From Flavobacteriaceae bacterium (lineage in GTDB: Bacteria > Bacteroidota > Bacteroidia > Flavobacteriales > Flavobacteriaceae), in contig DASSWN010000005.1 of assembly GCA_035704905.1 (NCBI GenBank), forward strand, positions 1,549-65,548: a stretch of 64,000 nt of DNA, read 5' to 3'. The notes below the pieces were generated by a model that saw nothing but the letters and a program-made list of their open reading frames with translations, had not been told where the DNA came from and did not search any database. A program made the translations under genes and the position numbers. How positions within the stretch are numbered: the stretch's first letter is position 1; each line of letters starts with the position of its first letter. Of this stretch, positions 8,451 through 17,717 are shown one piece after another.

Positions 8451-10031
8451 ATGAAATATAAATCAACGATAAAACCGATCTTAAACCTTTTCTTTTTTAT
8501 CGGATTGCTTTTCGGAGGAATTTCCATTGCTTCCGCCCAAAATCCGCTTACCAATAAACAAATAGACAGTTTGGTCAGCAAAACCATGGAAACCTTTAAT
8601 GTGCCGGGTGTTGCTGTGGCAGTGATCAAAGATGGCGAAATGGTTCACTTGGAAGGTTATGGGGTGCGATCGGCTGAAAAAGGAGGGAAGGTAGATGAAA
8701 ATACGCTTTTCGGTGTTGCCTCAAACACAAAGGCTTTTACAAGTGCCGCCATTGCCAAACTGGTCGATCAAGGAAAGATTACTTGGGATACCAAAGTGAC
8801 TGAAATCATTCCCGAATTTCAATTGGCGTCCCCTTATTTAACCAATGAAATTACGGTGCGCGATTTGTTGTCGCATCGCACCGGGTTGGGTTTGGGCGCG
8901 GGTGATTTGATGGTTTTCCCTGCAAACAATACTTTGACGGAAGATGAACTCATTCATAATTTACGGTATTTGGAGCCGGTATCTTCGCTGCGTTCCGAAT
9001 TCCATTACAACAATCTGATGTTTTTGGTGGCTGGGGAAATCGTGGAACGTGTTTCGGGAATGCCTTATGAAAAATTCATAAAAGAGAATTTCATGAATCC
9101 GCTTGAAATGGACCGAACGGTAGTGAATTATAAAAATAGCAAAGACCATAGCAATGAAATTACGGGTCATGTTCCGGTGGACGGAAAATTGCTTCCGGTC
9201 GGACTTAGTTTTACGGATCCGGCAAATTCGGCAGCCGGAATTTGGTCTTCCGCTGCAGATATGAGCAAATGGGTAGAAGCCCAGCTGCACCACGGAAAAT
9301 ACGGGGAAAACCTTTCGGATAGCCTTTTCAGTAAAAAAGCGCAACATGAAATGTGGCAAATGCAAACCATCATTCCGCGGGGTGGAAAAGGTCCATACAA
9401 CACACATTTTTCAGGCTATGGGTTAGGTTGGTTTGTAAGCGATGTCAATGGATATAAAGAAGTAACGCATTCCGGGGGCCTGTTGGGGATCGTCACAAAA
9501 GTACTCATGATACCGGAATTGAATTTGGGAATCATTGTGCTCACCAATCAGCAATCAGGTGCAGCGTTCTCGGCTATTGCAAATTCCATAAAAGACGGTT
9601 ATTTGGGCGTCGAACCGCGCGATTGGAACAGTTTATATCAAAACGCGATGGCCAAGCGGGAAGAAGATGCTCAAAAAGTGGTTGATGCAGCATGGCAGAC
9701 TATGCGGGAAAACAAGACAGTTGCAAGTTTAGACAATTACACCGGCACTTTCAACGATCCATGGTTTGGAAATATAAGTATTTTCAAAAAGAACGGGAAA
9801 TTATATTTCCGAGCCGAAAATGCAAAAGGCCTCACCGGCGAATTGTTCTATTACAAAGGCAACACCTTCATCATCAAATGGGATGATCGCAGCTTGTTGG
9901 CAGATGCATTTATTAGTTTCAATTTGAACAAGGACGGCAAAGCCAAAAGTGCGACCGTTGAAGCCGTTTCTCCCATGACCGATTTCAGTTTTGATTTTCA
10001 AGATTTGGAATTTACCCGGAATGAAAAATGA
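8451..10031 (+). CDS. Serine hydrolase of the beta-lactamase / PBP family with a C-terminal lipocalin-like extension (DUF3471-like)
   Basis: A signal peptide is followed by an SxxK motif (ASNTKAF) and YNN. I chose the ATG at 8451 (MKYKSTIK...) over the GTG at 8427. Confidence 0.8.
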   Translation: MKYKSTIKPILNLFFFIGLLFGGISIASAQNPLTNKQIDSLVSKTMETFNVPGVAVAVIKDGEMVHLEGYGVRSAEKGGKVDENTLFGVASNTKAFTSAAIAKLVDQGKITWDTKVTEIIPEFQLASPYLTNEITVRDLLSHRTGLGLGAGDLMVFPANNTLTEDELIHNLRYLEPVSSLRSEFHYNNLMFLVAGEIVERVSGMPYEKFIKENFMNPLEMDRTVVNYKNSKDHSNEITGHVPVDGKLLPVGLSFTDPANSAAGIWSSAADMSKWVEAQLHHGKYGENLSDSLFSKKAQHEMWQMQTIIPRGGKGPYNTHFSGYGLGWFVSDVNGYKEVTHSGGLLGIVTKVLMIPELNLGIIVLTNQQSGAAFSAIANSIKDGYLGVEPRDWNSLYQNAMAKREEDAQKVVDAAWQTMRENKTVASLDNYTGTFNDPWFGNISIFKKNGKLYFRAENAKGLTGELFYYKGNTFIIKWDDRSLLADAFISFNLNKDGKAKSATVEAVSPMTDFSFDFQDLEFTRNEK

Positions 10032-10087
10032 AACCGCGGGTTGAAATGGGAATCTTCTGCTGAAATAAAAAACAAATTCGATTTTAT

Positions 10088-10095
10088 TACCTTTG
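10088..10095 (+). promoter_or_regulatory. -7 promoter box (TAccTTTG) for the yicC-gmk-nadD cluster
   Basis: TAccTTTG ends 23 nt upstream of the yicC start. Confidence 0.45.
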
Positions 10096-10117
10096 CGCAA
10101 CTTTTTAATGCACTTTC

Positions 10118-10984
10118 ATGATTCAATCGATGACGGGCTTTGGGAAAAGTCTCGTTTCCCTTCCCGACAAAAAAATAACGGTCGAAATCAAATCCTTGAA
10201 CAGCAAAAATCTGGATTTGAATGTTCGCATTCCTTCCAAATTTAGGGAAAAGGAGTTGGTATTGCGCAATCTCATCGCTTCTTCACTTATACGCGGAAAA
10301 GTAGATTTTTCCGTTTTCGTCGAAAGCACGGAAGGCGAAACGTCGGCAAAAGTAAATGTGTCGGTCGTTCAAAAATACATGAACGAATTGCAAAAAATTC
10401 CGCTTGACGGGGAAAAAAACGAAATGGAACTGCTGAAAATTGCGATGAACCTTCCCGATACTCTAAAAACAGAACGGGAAGAAATTAATATAGATGAGTT
10501 CCGGGCTTTGCAAAATGGGGTGGAAGAAGCTTTAACCGCCATCAACGAATTTCGTTCAGACGAAGGAAAAGCATTGGAACGCGAATTTGAACTGCGCATT
10601 GCCAATCTTCATAATTTATTAAGCCAAGTAATGGAAATGGATCCTGAACGCATAAATGGCGTTCGTGAGCGGCTTCGGAAGGGAATTGAAACGTTGAAAG
10701 AAAGCGTTGACGAAAACCGGTTCGAGCAGGAATTGGTTTATTATATTGAAAAATACGACATTACGGAAGAAAAAACCCGCTTGGAAAACCACTTGGTCTA
10801 TTTCTCGGAAAATCTTGATTCCGAAGATTCCAATGGCAAAAAACTCGGGTTTATTGCCCAAGAAATCGGTCGGGAAGTCAACACCATCGGCAGCAAATCG
10901 AATTTTGCCCCCATGCAGCAATTGGTCGTTCAGATGAAAGACGAATTGGAGAAAATCAAGGAACAACTGCTAAACGTTTTGTAA
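10118..10984 (+). CDS. yicC: YicC-family stress-induced protein
   Basis: It starts MIQSMTGFGKS. The C-terminus contains GREVNTIGSK, which matches the YicC N- and C-terminal regions. Confidence 0.85.
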   Translation: MIQSMTGFGKSLVSLPDKKITVEIKSLNSKNLDLNVRIPSKFREKELVLRNLIASSLIRGKVDFSVFVESTEGETSAKVNVSVVQKYMNELQKIPLDGEKNEMELLKIAMNLPDTLKTEREEINIDEFRALQNGVEEALTAINEFRSDEGKALEREFELRIANLHNLLSQVMEMDPERINGVRERLRKGIETLKESVDENRFEQELVYYIEKYDITEEKTRLENHLVYFSENLDSEDSNGKKLGFIAQEIGREVNTIGSKSNFAPMQQLVVQMKDELEKIKEQLLNVL

Positions 10985-11559
10985 TGACAAACGGAAAACT
11001 CATTGTATTTTCCGCCCCTTCGGGCTCGGGAAAAACCACCATCGTACAACACCTTTTGCGGCAACCGGAACTCAATCTCGGTTTTTCCATTTCGGCTACC
11101 TCGCGCACTCCACGCGAATATGAAGTGGACGGAAAGGATTATTATTTTATGTCGCTGAAAGAATTCAAAACCCATATTAAAAACGATGATTTCTTGGAAT
11201 GGGAGGAAGTTTACCGCGACAATTTCTACGGCACCTTGAAATCGGAAGTTGAACGAATTTGGGCCACGGGAAAACATGTTGTTTTTGATATTGATGTGGT
11301 TGGCGGCTTAGACATCAAACACATTTATCCGGAGCGCACGCTGGCCGTTTTTGTGCAGCCACCGAGTATTGAAGAATTGAAAATCAGGTTGAAAAAAAGG
11401 AAAACTGAAACCGAGGAACGCATCAATATGCGGGTGGCAAAAGCTTCGGTGGAAATGGCAACAGCGCCGCAATTCGACTATATAATTGTGAACAACAATT
11501 TGGAAAAAGCCCTTGAGGAAGCCTACAGTTATGTGAAAAATTTCATTTCCGAAAAATAG
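10984..11559 (+). CDS. gmk: Guanylate kinase
   Basis: It has a P-loop (SAPSGSGKTT) and TSRTPREYEVDGKDYYF. It overlaps the yicC stop as TAATG. Confidence 0.9.
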   Translation: MTNGKLIVFSAPSGSGKTTIVQHLLRQPELNLGFSISATSRTPREYEVDGKDYYFMSLKEFKTHIKNDDFLEWEEVYRDNFYGTLKSEVERIWATGKHVVFDIDVVGGLDIKHIYPERTLAVFVQPPSIEELKIRLKKRKTETEERINMRVAKASVEMATAPQFDYIIVNNNLEKALEEAYSYVKNFISEK

Positions 11560-11565
11560 CAGGTC

Positions 11566-12150
11566 ATGAAAAAGAAGATTGGTTTGTTTTTTGGCACTTT
11601 TAACCCCGTTCATGTGGGCCACCTTATCATTGCCAACCATTTTGTTGAATATTCGGATTTGGATGAAGTTTGGTTTGTGGTAACACCGCATAATCCGTTC
11701 AAAAAAAAATCTTCTTTATTGGACAATTACCAGCGTTTGGATTTGGTTTATCGCGCCACGGAAGATTTTGTGAAACTTCGTCCCAGCAATATCGAATTTA
11801 ACCTTCCCCAACCCAATTACACATCGCATACTTTGGCGGTTCTAGAAGAAAAATACCCGGAAAAGGAATTTTCGCTTATTTTGGGGGAAGACAATTTGCG
11901 CGGGTTCCATAAATGGAAGAATAGCGATGTGATTCTGGAAAGGCACGAATTGTTCGTATATCCGCGCGTTTCGGATAAACCGGACGAATATCCACTCAAA
12001 AACCATCCGAAAGTTCATTTTATCGATGCACCGGTGATCGAAATTTCGGCTTCGTTTATTCGGGCTTCCATTAAAGAAGGAAAAAATGTTCGGCCATTAA
12101 TTCCGTATGAAGCTTGGAAATATTTGGACGAGATGAATTTTTATAAATAG
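11566..12150 (+). CDS. nadD: Nicotinate-nucleotide adenylyltransferase
   Basis: It contains GLFFGTFNPVHVGHL, the (H/T)xGH nucleotidyltransferase motif, and an ISASFIR (ISSTxxR-like) motif. Confidence 0.9.
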   Translation: MKKKIGLFFGTFNPVHVGHLIIANHFVEYSDLDEVWFVVTPHNPFKKKSSLLDNYQRLDLVYRATEDFVKLRPSNIEFNLPQPNYTSHTLAVLEEKYPEKEFSLILGEDNLRGFHKWKNSDVILERHELFVYPRVSDKPDEYPLKNHPKVHFIDAPVIEISASFIRASIKEGKNVRPLIPYEAWKYLDEMNFYK

Positions 12151-12188
12151 CGGTGGGTGGTGAGTGGTGCGAAGTGAGTGGTGAGTTG
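12151..12188. repeat. Single low-complexity arm of GGTG/GTGAGT units with roughly 7-nt periodicity
   Basis: The sequence cGGTGGGTGGTGAGTGGTGCGAAGTGAGTGGTGAGTTG starts directly after the nadD stop. Only a short complementary actcac lies downstream (about 12240). Confidence 0.6.
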
Positions 12189-12225
12189 TACGTGAAATGA
12201 ATTTTAAAAACCCTCAAAATTTCCG

Positions 12226-12233
12226 TACTTTTG
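12226..12233 (+). promoter_or_regulatory. -7 promoter box (TActTTTG) for gpsA
   Basis: TActTTTG ends 19 nt upstream of the gpsA ATG. Confidence 0.4.
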
Positions 12234-12251
12234 ATGTGAAACTCACGAGTT

Positions 12252-13256
12252 ATGGAAGAAACCCCAAAATTTGCGGTCATCGGCGGGGGAAGTTGGGCCA
12301 CGGCCATCGTAAAAATGTTATGCGAAAATGTAGTGCAGGTGGGTTGGTATATGCGCAATGTTTCAGCAATAGACCATCTAAAAAAATACGGCCACAACCC
12401 GAATTATTTGAGTTCCGTGGAATTTGACAATTCGCAATTACAACTCACCAACGATATCAATGAAGCCGTTTCTGCGTCCAATTACCTCATTTTTGCCATC
12501 CCATCCGCTTTTTTGACCGGGGAACTGCAAAAACTCAAACTTCCGCTAAAAGATAAAATCATTTTCAGCGCGATTAAAGGTATTGTTCCGGAAAGTAGTT
12601 TGATTGTTGGCGAGCATTTCAATGTCACTTACGACGTCCCTTTTGAACAAATTGGCGTAATCACCGGACCTTGCCATGCGGAAGAAGTTGCTTTGGAACG
12701 TTTGTCTTTTCTGACCATCGCTTGTGCCGAGGAAAAGTATGCCAAAACGGTTGCCGATGCACTGGCAAACGACTATATCAAATGCAAGATTAGTGAAGAT
12801 ATCATCGGGACGGAATATGCCGCGATGTTGAAAAATATTTATGCCGTTGCCGCTGGCATTGCCCACGGTTTGGGCTATGGCGACAATTTTCAAAGTGTGC
12901 TGATGAGCAACGCGATTCGTGAAATGAAACGTTACATCAAAAAAACCTACAAAATGAAGCGCAACATCAATGATTCGGCCTACTTGGGCGATTTGTTGGT
13001 AACCGGTTATTCTTCTTTCAGCCGAAACCGGATGTTCGGAAATATGATTGGAAAAGGCTATACCGTGAAAAGTGCACAGATGGAAATGAATATGATCGCC
13101 GAGGGCTTTTATGCCGCGAAAAGCGCGTACCACATCAACAAAAACAAGGGGGAAAACAAAGCAAAAACCCCAATTATCAATGCGGTTTATAAGGTTTTGT
13201 ACGAGCACAAAAACCCGAAACAGGTCTTTTCAAAATTGGTTGAAAAATTGGACTGA
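12252..13256 (+). CDS. gpsA: NAD(P)H-dependent glycerol-3-phosphate dehydrogenase
   Basis: The N-terminus reads FAVIGGGSWATA. The ORF is 334 aa and contains the NRMFG motif region. Confidence 0.9.
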   Translation: MEETPKFAVIGGGSWATAIVKMLCENVVQVGWYMRNVSAIDHLKKYGHNPNYLSSVEFDNSQLQLTNDINEAVSASNYLIFAIPSAFLTGELQKLKLPLKDKIIFSAIKGIVPESSLIVGEHFNVTYDVPFEQIGVITGPCHAEEVALERLSFLTIACAEEKYAKTVADALANDYIKCKISEDIIGTEYAAMLKNIYAVAAGIAHGLGYGDNFQSVLMSNAIREMKRYIKKTYKMKRNINDSAYLGDLLVTGYSSFSRNRMFGNMIGKGYTVKSAQMEMNMIAEGFYAAKSAYHINKNKGENKAKTPIINAVYKVLYEHKNPKQVFSKLVEKLD

Positions 13257-13925
13257 TTAAAATTCTTCTTTTACTATTTTATTTTCGGGAATATTGAGGT
13301 TTTTTAATTGCTTTTCAATGGCTTCCATCATAGGAGGCGGGCCGCATAAATAAATAAACGGGTGATTTTCGGGAATATTTCTTTTCAGAAAACCTTCTGT
13401 AATATGGCCATGTTCAAATTCCCGTGTTTTTTCTTCTGAGAGTATATTAATGAATTTTTTATCCAAAAGTCCATCAAATTCTTTTTTCAGAATAATATCG
13501 GCTTCCGTATTGTTGGCGAAAACCAGTCTATTATTTCCAATCTCCCCTTTGGAATCCAATTCACGCAAAATGGAAATAAAGGGTGTAATACCGGCTCCAC
13601 CAGCAATAAAAACGCCTTCGCCTTTGTAGGCTATTGCACCAAAAACATCGTGTAAAATAAGTTTATCGCCTTTTTGAAGTTTTAAAAGTTCATTGGTAAC
13701 CCCATTGTGCTGCGGATAAACCTTTATGGTAAATTCTAAGTGCTTATCTTGTGGAAGGGAAGTGAATGTAAACGGCCGTTTTTCATCTTTCCAATCATTT
13801 TTAGCTATGGAAATTTCCGTGGCTTGGCCTGGAACAAAAGTTAAATTGGCAGGTTTCTCTGTTTTGATCTGAAGAACGTCATGAGTAATGTTTTCGAGCG
13901 ATAAAATAGTTACTTGTTTTTCCAT
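13257..13925 (-). CDS. FNR-like flavoprotein reductase (FAD and NAD(P)H binding domains only)
   Basis: It has an RPFTFTS (RxYS-like FAD site) and FIAGGAGITPF (NAD(P)H site), and ends with YLCGPPPM. No ferredoxin domain is present. It lies 18 nt downstream of folE. Confidence 0.75.
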   Translation of the reverse strand: MEKQVTILSLENITHDVLQIKTEKPANLTFVPGQATEISIAKNDWKDEKRPFTFTSLPQDKHLEFTIKVYPQHNGVTNELLKLQKGDKLILHDVFGAIAYKGEGVFIAGGAGITPFISILRELDSKGEIGNNRLVFANNTEADIILKKEFDGLLDKKFINILSEEKTREFEHGHITEGFLKRNIPENHPFIYLCGPPPMMEAIEKQLKNLNIPENKIVKEEF

Positions 13926-13943
13926 TGCGTTTAATTTACTGAT

Positions 13944-14633
13944 TCAATTGTTTTTTAAGGTTGAAAGAAATTCTTGTTTGATTTCCGAATCGCGAAATTT
14001 TCCGGAATAATTTGATGTAATTGTGCTGCTGTTCGTATCCTTAATTCCGCGCGAAGCCACGCAAAGATGAACGGCATCAACCATTACCGCAACATCTTCC
14101 GACTGCAATGATTCTTTTAAACCTTCGGCAATCTGAACAGTGAGCCGTTCTTGAACTTGTGGTCGTTTGGCATAATATTGAACCAAACGGTTGAGTTTTG
14201 ACAAACCAATTACTTTCCCATTGGAAAAATAGGCGATATGCACTTTTCCGATAATTGGCACGAAATGATGTTCGCAATAAGAGTATAGACTGATGTCTTT
14301 TTCGATCAACATTTGGTCATAACCAAACTTGTTTTCAAACAATTTCGCTTCAGGTTTGTTTTCTGGATTCAATCCTGAAAAAATTTCTTTCACATACATT
14401 TTTGCCACTCGGTTGGGAGTATCTTTCAGGCTGTCATCTTCCAAATCCAGTTGCAAAATTTCCATGATTTCACGAAAATGAAAAGCAATTTTTTTGATTT
14501 TTTCATTTTCTTCTGACAAAAGAATATCGTGTGAAATCCGCATTTCGGTGGAATTCGGTTCGATTTTCGTTTGTATTTCTTCTGCAGAAATTTTCGGCAT
14601 AACAAAATTTAAGTTCGCGGTATTTGACATCAT
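13944..14633 (-). CDS. folE: GTP cyclohydrolase I (type 1)
   Basis: It contains SYCEHHFVPIIGKVHIAY and RPQVQERLT, which are FolE active-site motifs. Confidence 0.9.
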   Translation of the reverse strand: MMSNTANLNFVMPKISAEEIQTKIEPNSTEMRISHDILLSEENEKIKKIAFHFREIMEILQLDLEDDSLKDTPNRVAKMYVKEIFSGLNPENKPEAKLFENKFGYDQMLIEKDISLYSYCEHHFVPIIGKVHIAYFSNGKVIGLSKLNRLVQYYAKRPQVQERLTVQIAEGLKESLQSEDVAVMVDAVHLCVASRGIKDTNSSTITSNYSGKFRDSEIKQEFLSTLKNN

Positions 14634-14927
14634 TTATTTGGTTTTTAATTTCCGGTGATTTTTGCTGAACATCATCACTTTTTATAGTTCTGCCCTGAAC
14701 ATTATCAAGTTTCTTTTTTCCCTCAATAGGATGCTACACAATTAGAGTGAAAAATGGAGGAAAAGGTTACAAAATATTTTAAAATAGGAAAACAAAACTT
14801 TTGTGTCTCATCGACTTCTTCAAAGAAAAACGCAAACAAATAAAGGTTGCTACCTGTCACTTGCTCGGGAAAAAACCGGCTGGTTACTTTTGATTCATAA
14901 AAACCAAATTTCACAAACAATATAAAT

Positions 14928-14961
14928 CAAAAAAAGCTGAACAATGAAGTATTGTTCAGCT
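14928..14961 (-). terminator. Rho-independent terminator of ndk
   Basis: A perfect 11-bp stem (agctgaacaat / attgttcagct) encloses a 5-nt loop. On the minus strand a run of 7 T follows, about 60 nt after the ndk stop. Confidence 0.85.
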
Positions 14962-15018
14962 TTAATAATAAAATTAATCCCTAAATAATCTGTATCGACT
15001 AGTTAAAACCAGACAAGT

Positions 15019-15438
15019 TTAAAAAATCTCCTTTCCCGCAAAATGAAAAGCACCTTCAATTTTGGCATTTTCATCGCTGTCACTTCCGTGAACTGCATTT
15101 TCACCGATTGAAGACGCGTATTTTTTGCGAATAGTTCCTTCGGCCGCTTCCGCCGGATTGGTCGCGCCAATCAAGGTTCGGAAATCTTCCACCGCATTTT
15201 CTTTTTCCAAGATGGCCGCCACAATCGGGCCGCGGGTCATATATTCTACCAATTCCCCAAAAAACGGACGTTCTTTGTGCACTTCGTAAAAAGTTTCCGC
15301 ATCGTGTTTGGTCATTTGCGTCAATTTCAACGCGACAATTCGAAATCCGGAAGCGGTAATTTGTTCCAAAATCGCACCGATATTTCCTTTTTCCACCGAG
15401 TCCGGTTTGAGCATGGTGAATGTTCTGTTTCCTGCCAT
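15019..15438 (-). CDS. ndk: Nucleoside diphosphate kinase
   Basis: It starts [13 protein letters not shown] and contains NAVHGSDS, which holds the active-site His. I chose the ATG at 15438. Confidence 0.9.
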   Translation of the reverse strand: MAGNRTFTMLKPDSVEKGNIGAILEQITASGFRIVALKLTQMTKHDAETFYEVHKERPFFGELVEYMTRGPIVAAILEKENAVEDFRTLIGATNPAEAAEGTIRKKYASSIGENAVHGSDSDENAKIEGAFHFAGKEIF

Positions 15439-15460
15439 TTTTCGTTTTTTAAATTTTGCG

Positions 15461-15468
15461 CAAAAATA
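15461..15468 (-). promoter_or_regulatory. -7 promoter box (TAttTTTG on the minus strand) for ndk
   Basis: The reverse complement of caaaaata is TAttTTTG. It lies 23 nt upstream of the ndk ATG. Confidence 0.45.
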
Positions 15469-15565
15469 GGCGTTTTTACGAGAACCGCAATGCATGGTTT
15501 TTGGGAATTTAAAAACTGCGCCAAACGGTTAATTGGCAAAAAGAAATGGAAAAATGAATTTGAAC

Positions 15566-15805
15566 CTAAGACTTAAAATACAATTCCTGAAAATAAACAA
15601 CCGTATGGCCGGGAACTATGAATTGCCAAATATCTTTTTTGCCAACAACGCCTTGCCGCTTTAGTTTGTGATAATCCAAAATGCAGCGATAAATACAGTA
15701 CGCGATCACAAATCCTGCAAATAGCAAGTTGTAATGCATGTAAGAAAAATATATTCCGAGCATCCACGGGGCAAAAATGGCAAGGTAGAAATGACTTAGT
15801 TTCAT
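15566..15805 (-). CDS. Small hypothetical membrane protein
   Basis: The 79-aa ORF has two hydrophobic segments (LAIFAPWMLGIYF, LLFAGFVIAYCIY). A second overlapping frame (15573..15812) looks less protein-like. Confidence 0.4.
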   Translation of the reverse strand: MKLSHFYLAIFAPWMLGIYFSYMHYNLLFAGFVIAYCIYRCILDYHKLKRQGVVGKKDIWQFIVPGHTVVYFQELYFKS

Positions 15806-15916
15806 ATTGCAAAATTAAGTAAACTTCTAAAATGCAATATCATTTACATAAAAAAACTTATGTGAAAACAATAGTTTACGGTATTTTGTTGCGTCAAAAA
15901 ATTTACAAATTATAAA

Positions 15917-15924
15917 TACCTTTG
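15917..15924 (+). promoter_or_regulatory. -7 promoter box (TAccTTTG) for argS
   Basis: TAccTTTG ends 18 nt upstream of the argS ATG. Confidence 0.45.
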
Positions 15925-15941
15925 CGCGGAAACACGAAGCC

Positions 15942-17717
15942 ATGAAAATTCAAGAAATTATTTCGGAAGCCATCAAGAAAGCTGTCAAAAATCAATTTAA
16001 TTCAGAATTGCCACGGGTGGAATTCCAACCCACGCGCAAAGATTTTGAAGGCGATTTGACTGTGGTGGTTTTTCCGATGTTGCGCCTTGTGAAAACCAAT
16101 CCCGTGGTGCTTGGTGAATTTATTGGGAATTATTTGACAGAAAATGTGGAAGCCGTTTCCAAATTCAATGTGGTTCAGGGATTTTTAAATATCGTTTTGA
16201 GCGATTCTTTTTACTTGAAAGAATTTGTTCAAATTCGAAAAAATTCAGATTACGGAAAAATCCTTCCAACAGAAAACAGCAAAACAATTATGGTGGAATA
16301 TTCTTCACCAAACACCAACAAGCCCTTGCATTTGGGACATGTTCGAAATATTTTGTTGGGATTTTCAATGGCTGAAATCCTGAAAGCCGCCGGAAGAAAA
16401 GTAATCAAAACCCAAATTATCAATGACCGGGGCATTCATATTTGCAAAAGTATGTTGGCTTGGAAAAAATGGGGGAATAATGAAACCCCGCAAACCGCTA
16501 ATTTGAAAGGGGATAAATTGGTGGGAAATTATTACGTGAAATTCGATCAAGAATACAAATCGGAAATTGAAGATTTAAAAAATCAGGGAAAATCAGTAGA
16601 AGAAGCAAAACAACAAGCACCTATTCTGCTCGAAGCCAAAGAAATGCTGTTGAAATGGGAAGCCGATGATCCTGAAACGGTGGCACTTTGGCAGAAAATG
16701 AACCAGTGGGTTTACGATGGTTTTGAAGAAACCTACACGGAATTGGGCGTGGATTTTGACAAAAATTATTACGAAAGCAACACGTATCTGTTGGGAAAAA
16801 ATGTGGTCGCCAACGGACTCGAAAAAGGTGTTTTTTATAAAAAGGAAGACGGCAGTGTGTGGATCGATCTGACCGATGAAGGTTTGGATGAAAAAATCGT
16901 GCTGCGCGCCGACGGAACCGCGGTTTATATGACGCAAGACATCGGTACTGCCATTCAGCGCGTAAAAGATTTTCATATCGACGGAATGGTTTATACCGTT
17001 GGCAACGAACAAGATTATCATTTCAAAGTCTTGTTTTTGATCTTGAAGAAACTCGGTTTCGCTTGGGCCGAAAATTTATATCATTTGAGCTACGGAATGG
17101 TGGATTTACCTTCGGGAAAAATGAAAAGCCGTGAAGGAACGGTCGTCGATGCCGACGATTTGATGCATGAAATGATTCAAACCGCCAAAAATATTTCCGA
17201 AGAATTGGGTAAATTGGATGAATTTTCAGACCAAGAAAAACAAAGCCTTTATAAGACAATCGGTTTGGGCGCGCTGAAATATTTCATTTTGAAAGTAGAT
17301 CCGAAAAAGCGCATTTTGTTCAACCCAAAAGAATCGGTGGATTTTCAGGGAAACACGGCACCTTTCATTCAATATACCTACGCCCGGATCCAGTCTATTT
17401 TGCGAAAAGTGAATTTTGATATTTCCAAAGAAATCGAAACCCATAAACTTCATGAAAAAGAAAAGGAACTATTAAAGATTCTGTTGATTTTTCCTGAAAC
17501 TGTGCAGCAGGCAGCGGACCAACACAGTCCGGCTTTGATCGCAAACTACATTTACGAGTTGGTAAAAACATTCAATTCGTTCTACCAAAATATTTCTATT
17601 TTGAGTGCGGAAACCCAAGAAGAAAAAACGTTTCGCGCCCAACTTTCGAAGGAAACCGCAGAAGTTGTAAAAACCGGTTTTGGGCTTTTGGGAATTGATG
17701 TTCCAGAACGGATGTAA
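15942..17717 (+). CDS. argS: Arginine--tRNA ligase
   Basis: The 591-aa ORF contains SSPNTNKPLHLGHVRN (HIGH motif). Its DALR anticodon-binding C-terminus ends in ...ERM. Confidence 0.95.
   Translation: MKIQEIISEAIKKAVKNQFNSELPRVEFQPTRKDFEGDLTVVVFPMLRLVKTNPVVLGEFIGNYLTENVEAVSKFNVVQGFLNIVLSDSFYLKEFVQIRKNSDYGKILPTENSKTIMVEYSSPNTNKPLHLGHVRNILLGFSMAEILKAAGRKVIKTQIINDRGIHICKSMLAWKKWGNNETPQTANLKGDKLVGNYYVKFDQEYKSEIEDLKNQGKSVEEAKQQAPILLEAKEMLLKWEADDPETVALWQKMNQWVYDGFEETYTELGVDFDKNYYESNTYLLGKNVVANGLEKGVFYKKEDGSVWIDLTDEGLDEKIVLRADGTAVYMTQDIGTAIQRVKDFHIDGMVYTVGNEQDYHFKVLFLILKKLGFAWAENLYHLSYGMVDLPSGKMKSREGTVVDADDLMHEMIQTAKNISEELGKLDEFSDQEKQSLYKTIGLGALKYFILKVDPKKRILFNPKESVDFQGNTAPFIQYTYARIQSILRKVNFDISKEIETHKLHEKEKELLKILLIFPETVQQAADQHSPALIANYIYELVKTFNSFYQNISILSAETQEEKTFRAQLSKETAEVVKTGFGLLGIDVPERM

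Noticed and set aside
12546-13208. A 220-aa ORF antisense to gpsA
   Set aside because: It lies entirely inside a confidently assigned gene on the opposite strand. Its low-complexity, His/Phe/Asn-rich translation is typical of antisense frames in AT-rich genomes, and it has no recognisable motifs.
14723-14920. A 65-aa ORF in the folE-ndk spacer
   Set aside because: It is Phe-rich and low in complexity, with no start context or motifs. It is more likely part of a non-coding leader.
15573-15812. An alternative 79-aa ORF overlapping the small membrane-protein ORF in another frame
   Set aside because: Its translation is Cys/Arg-rich with no hydrophobic helices. The 15566..15805 frame is more protein-like, although it is itself only moderately supported.
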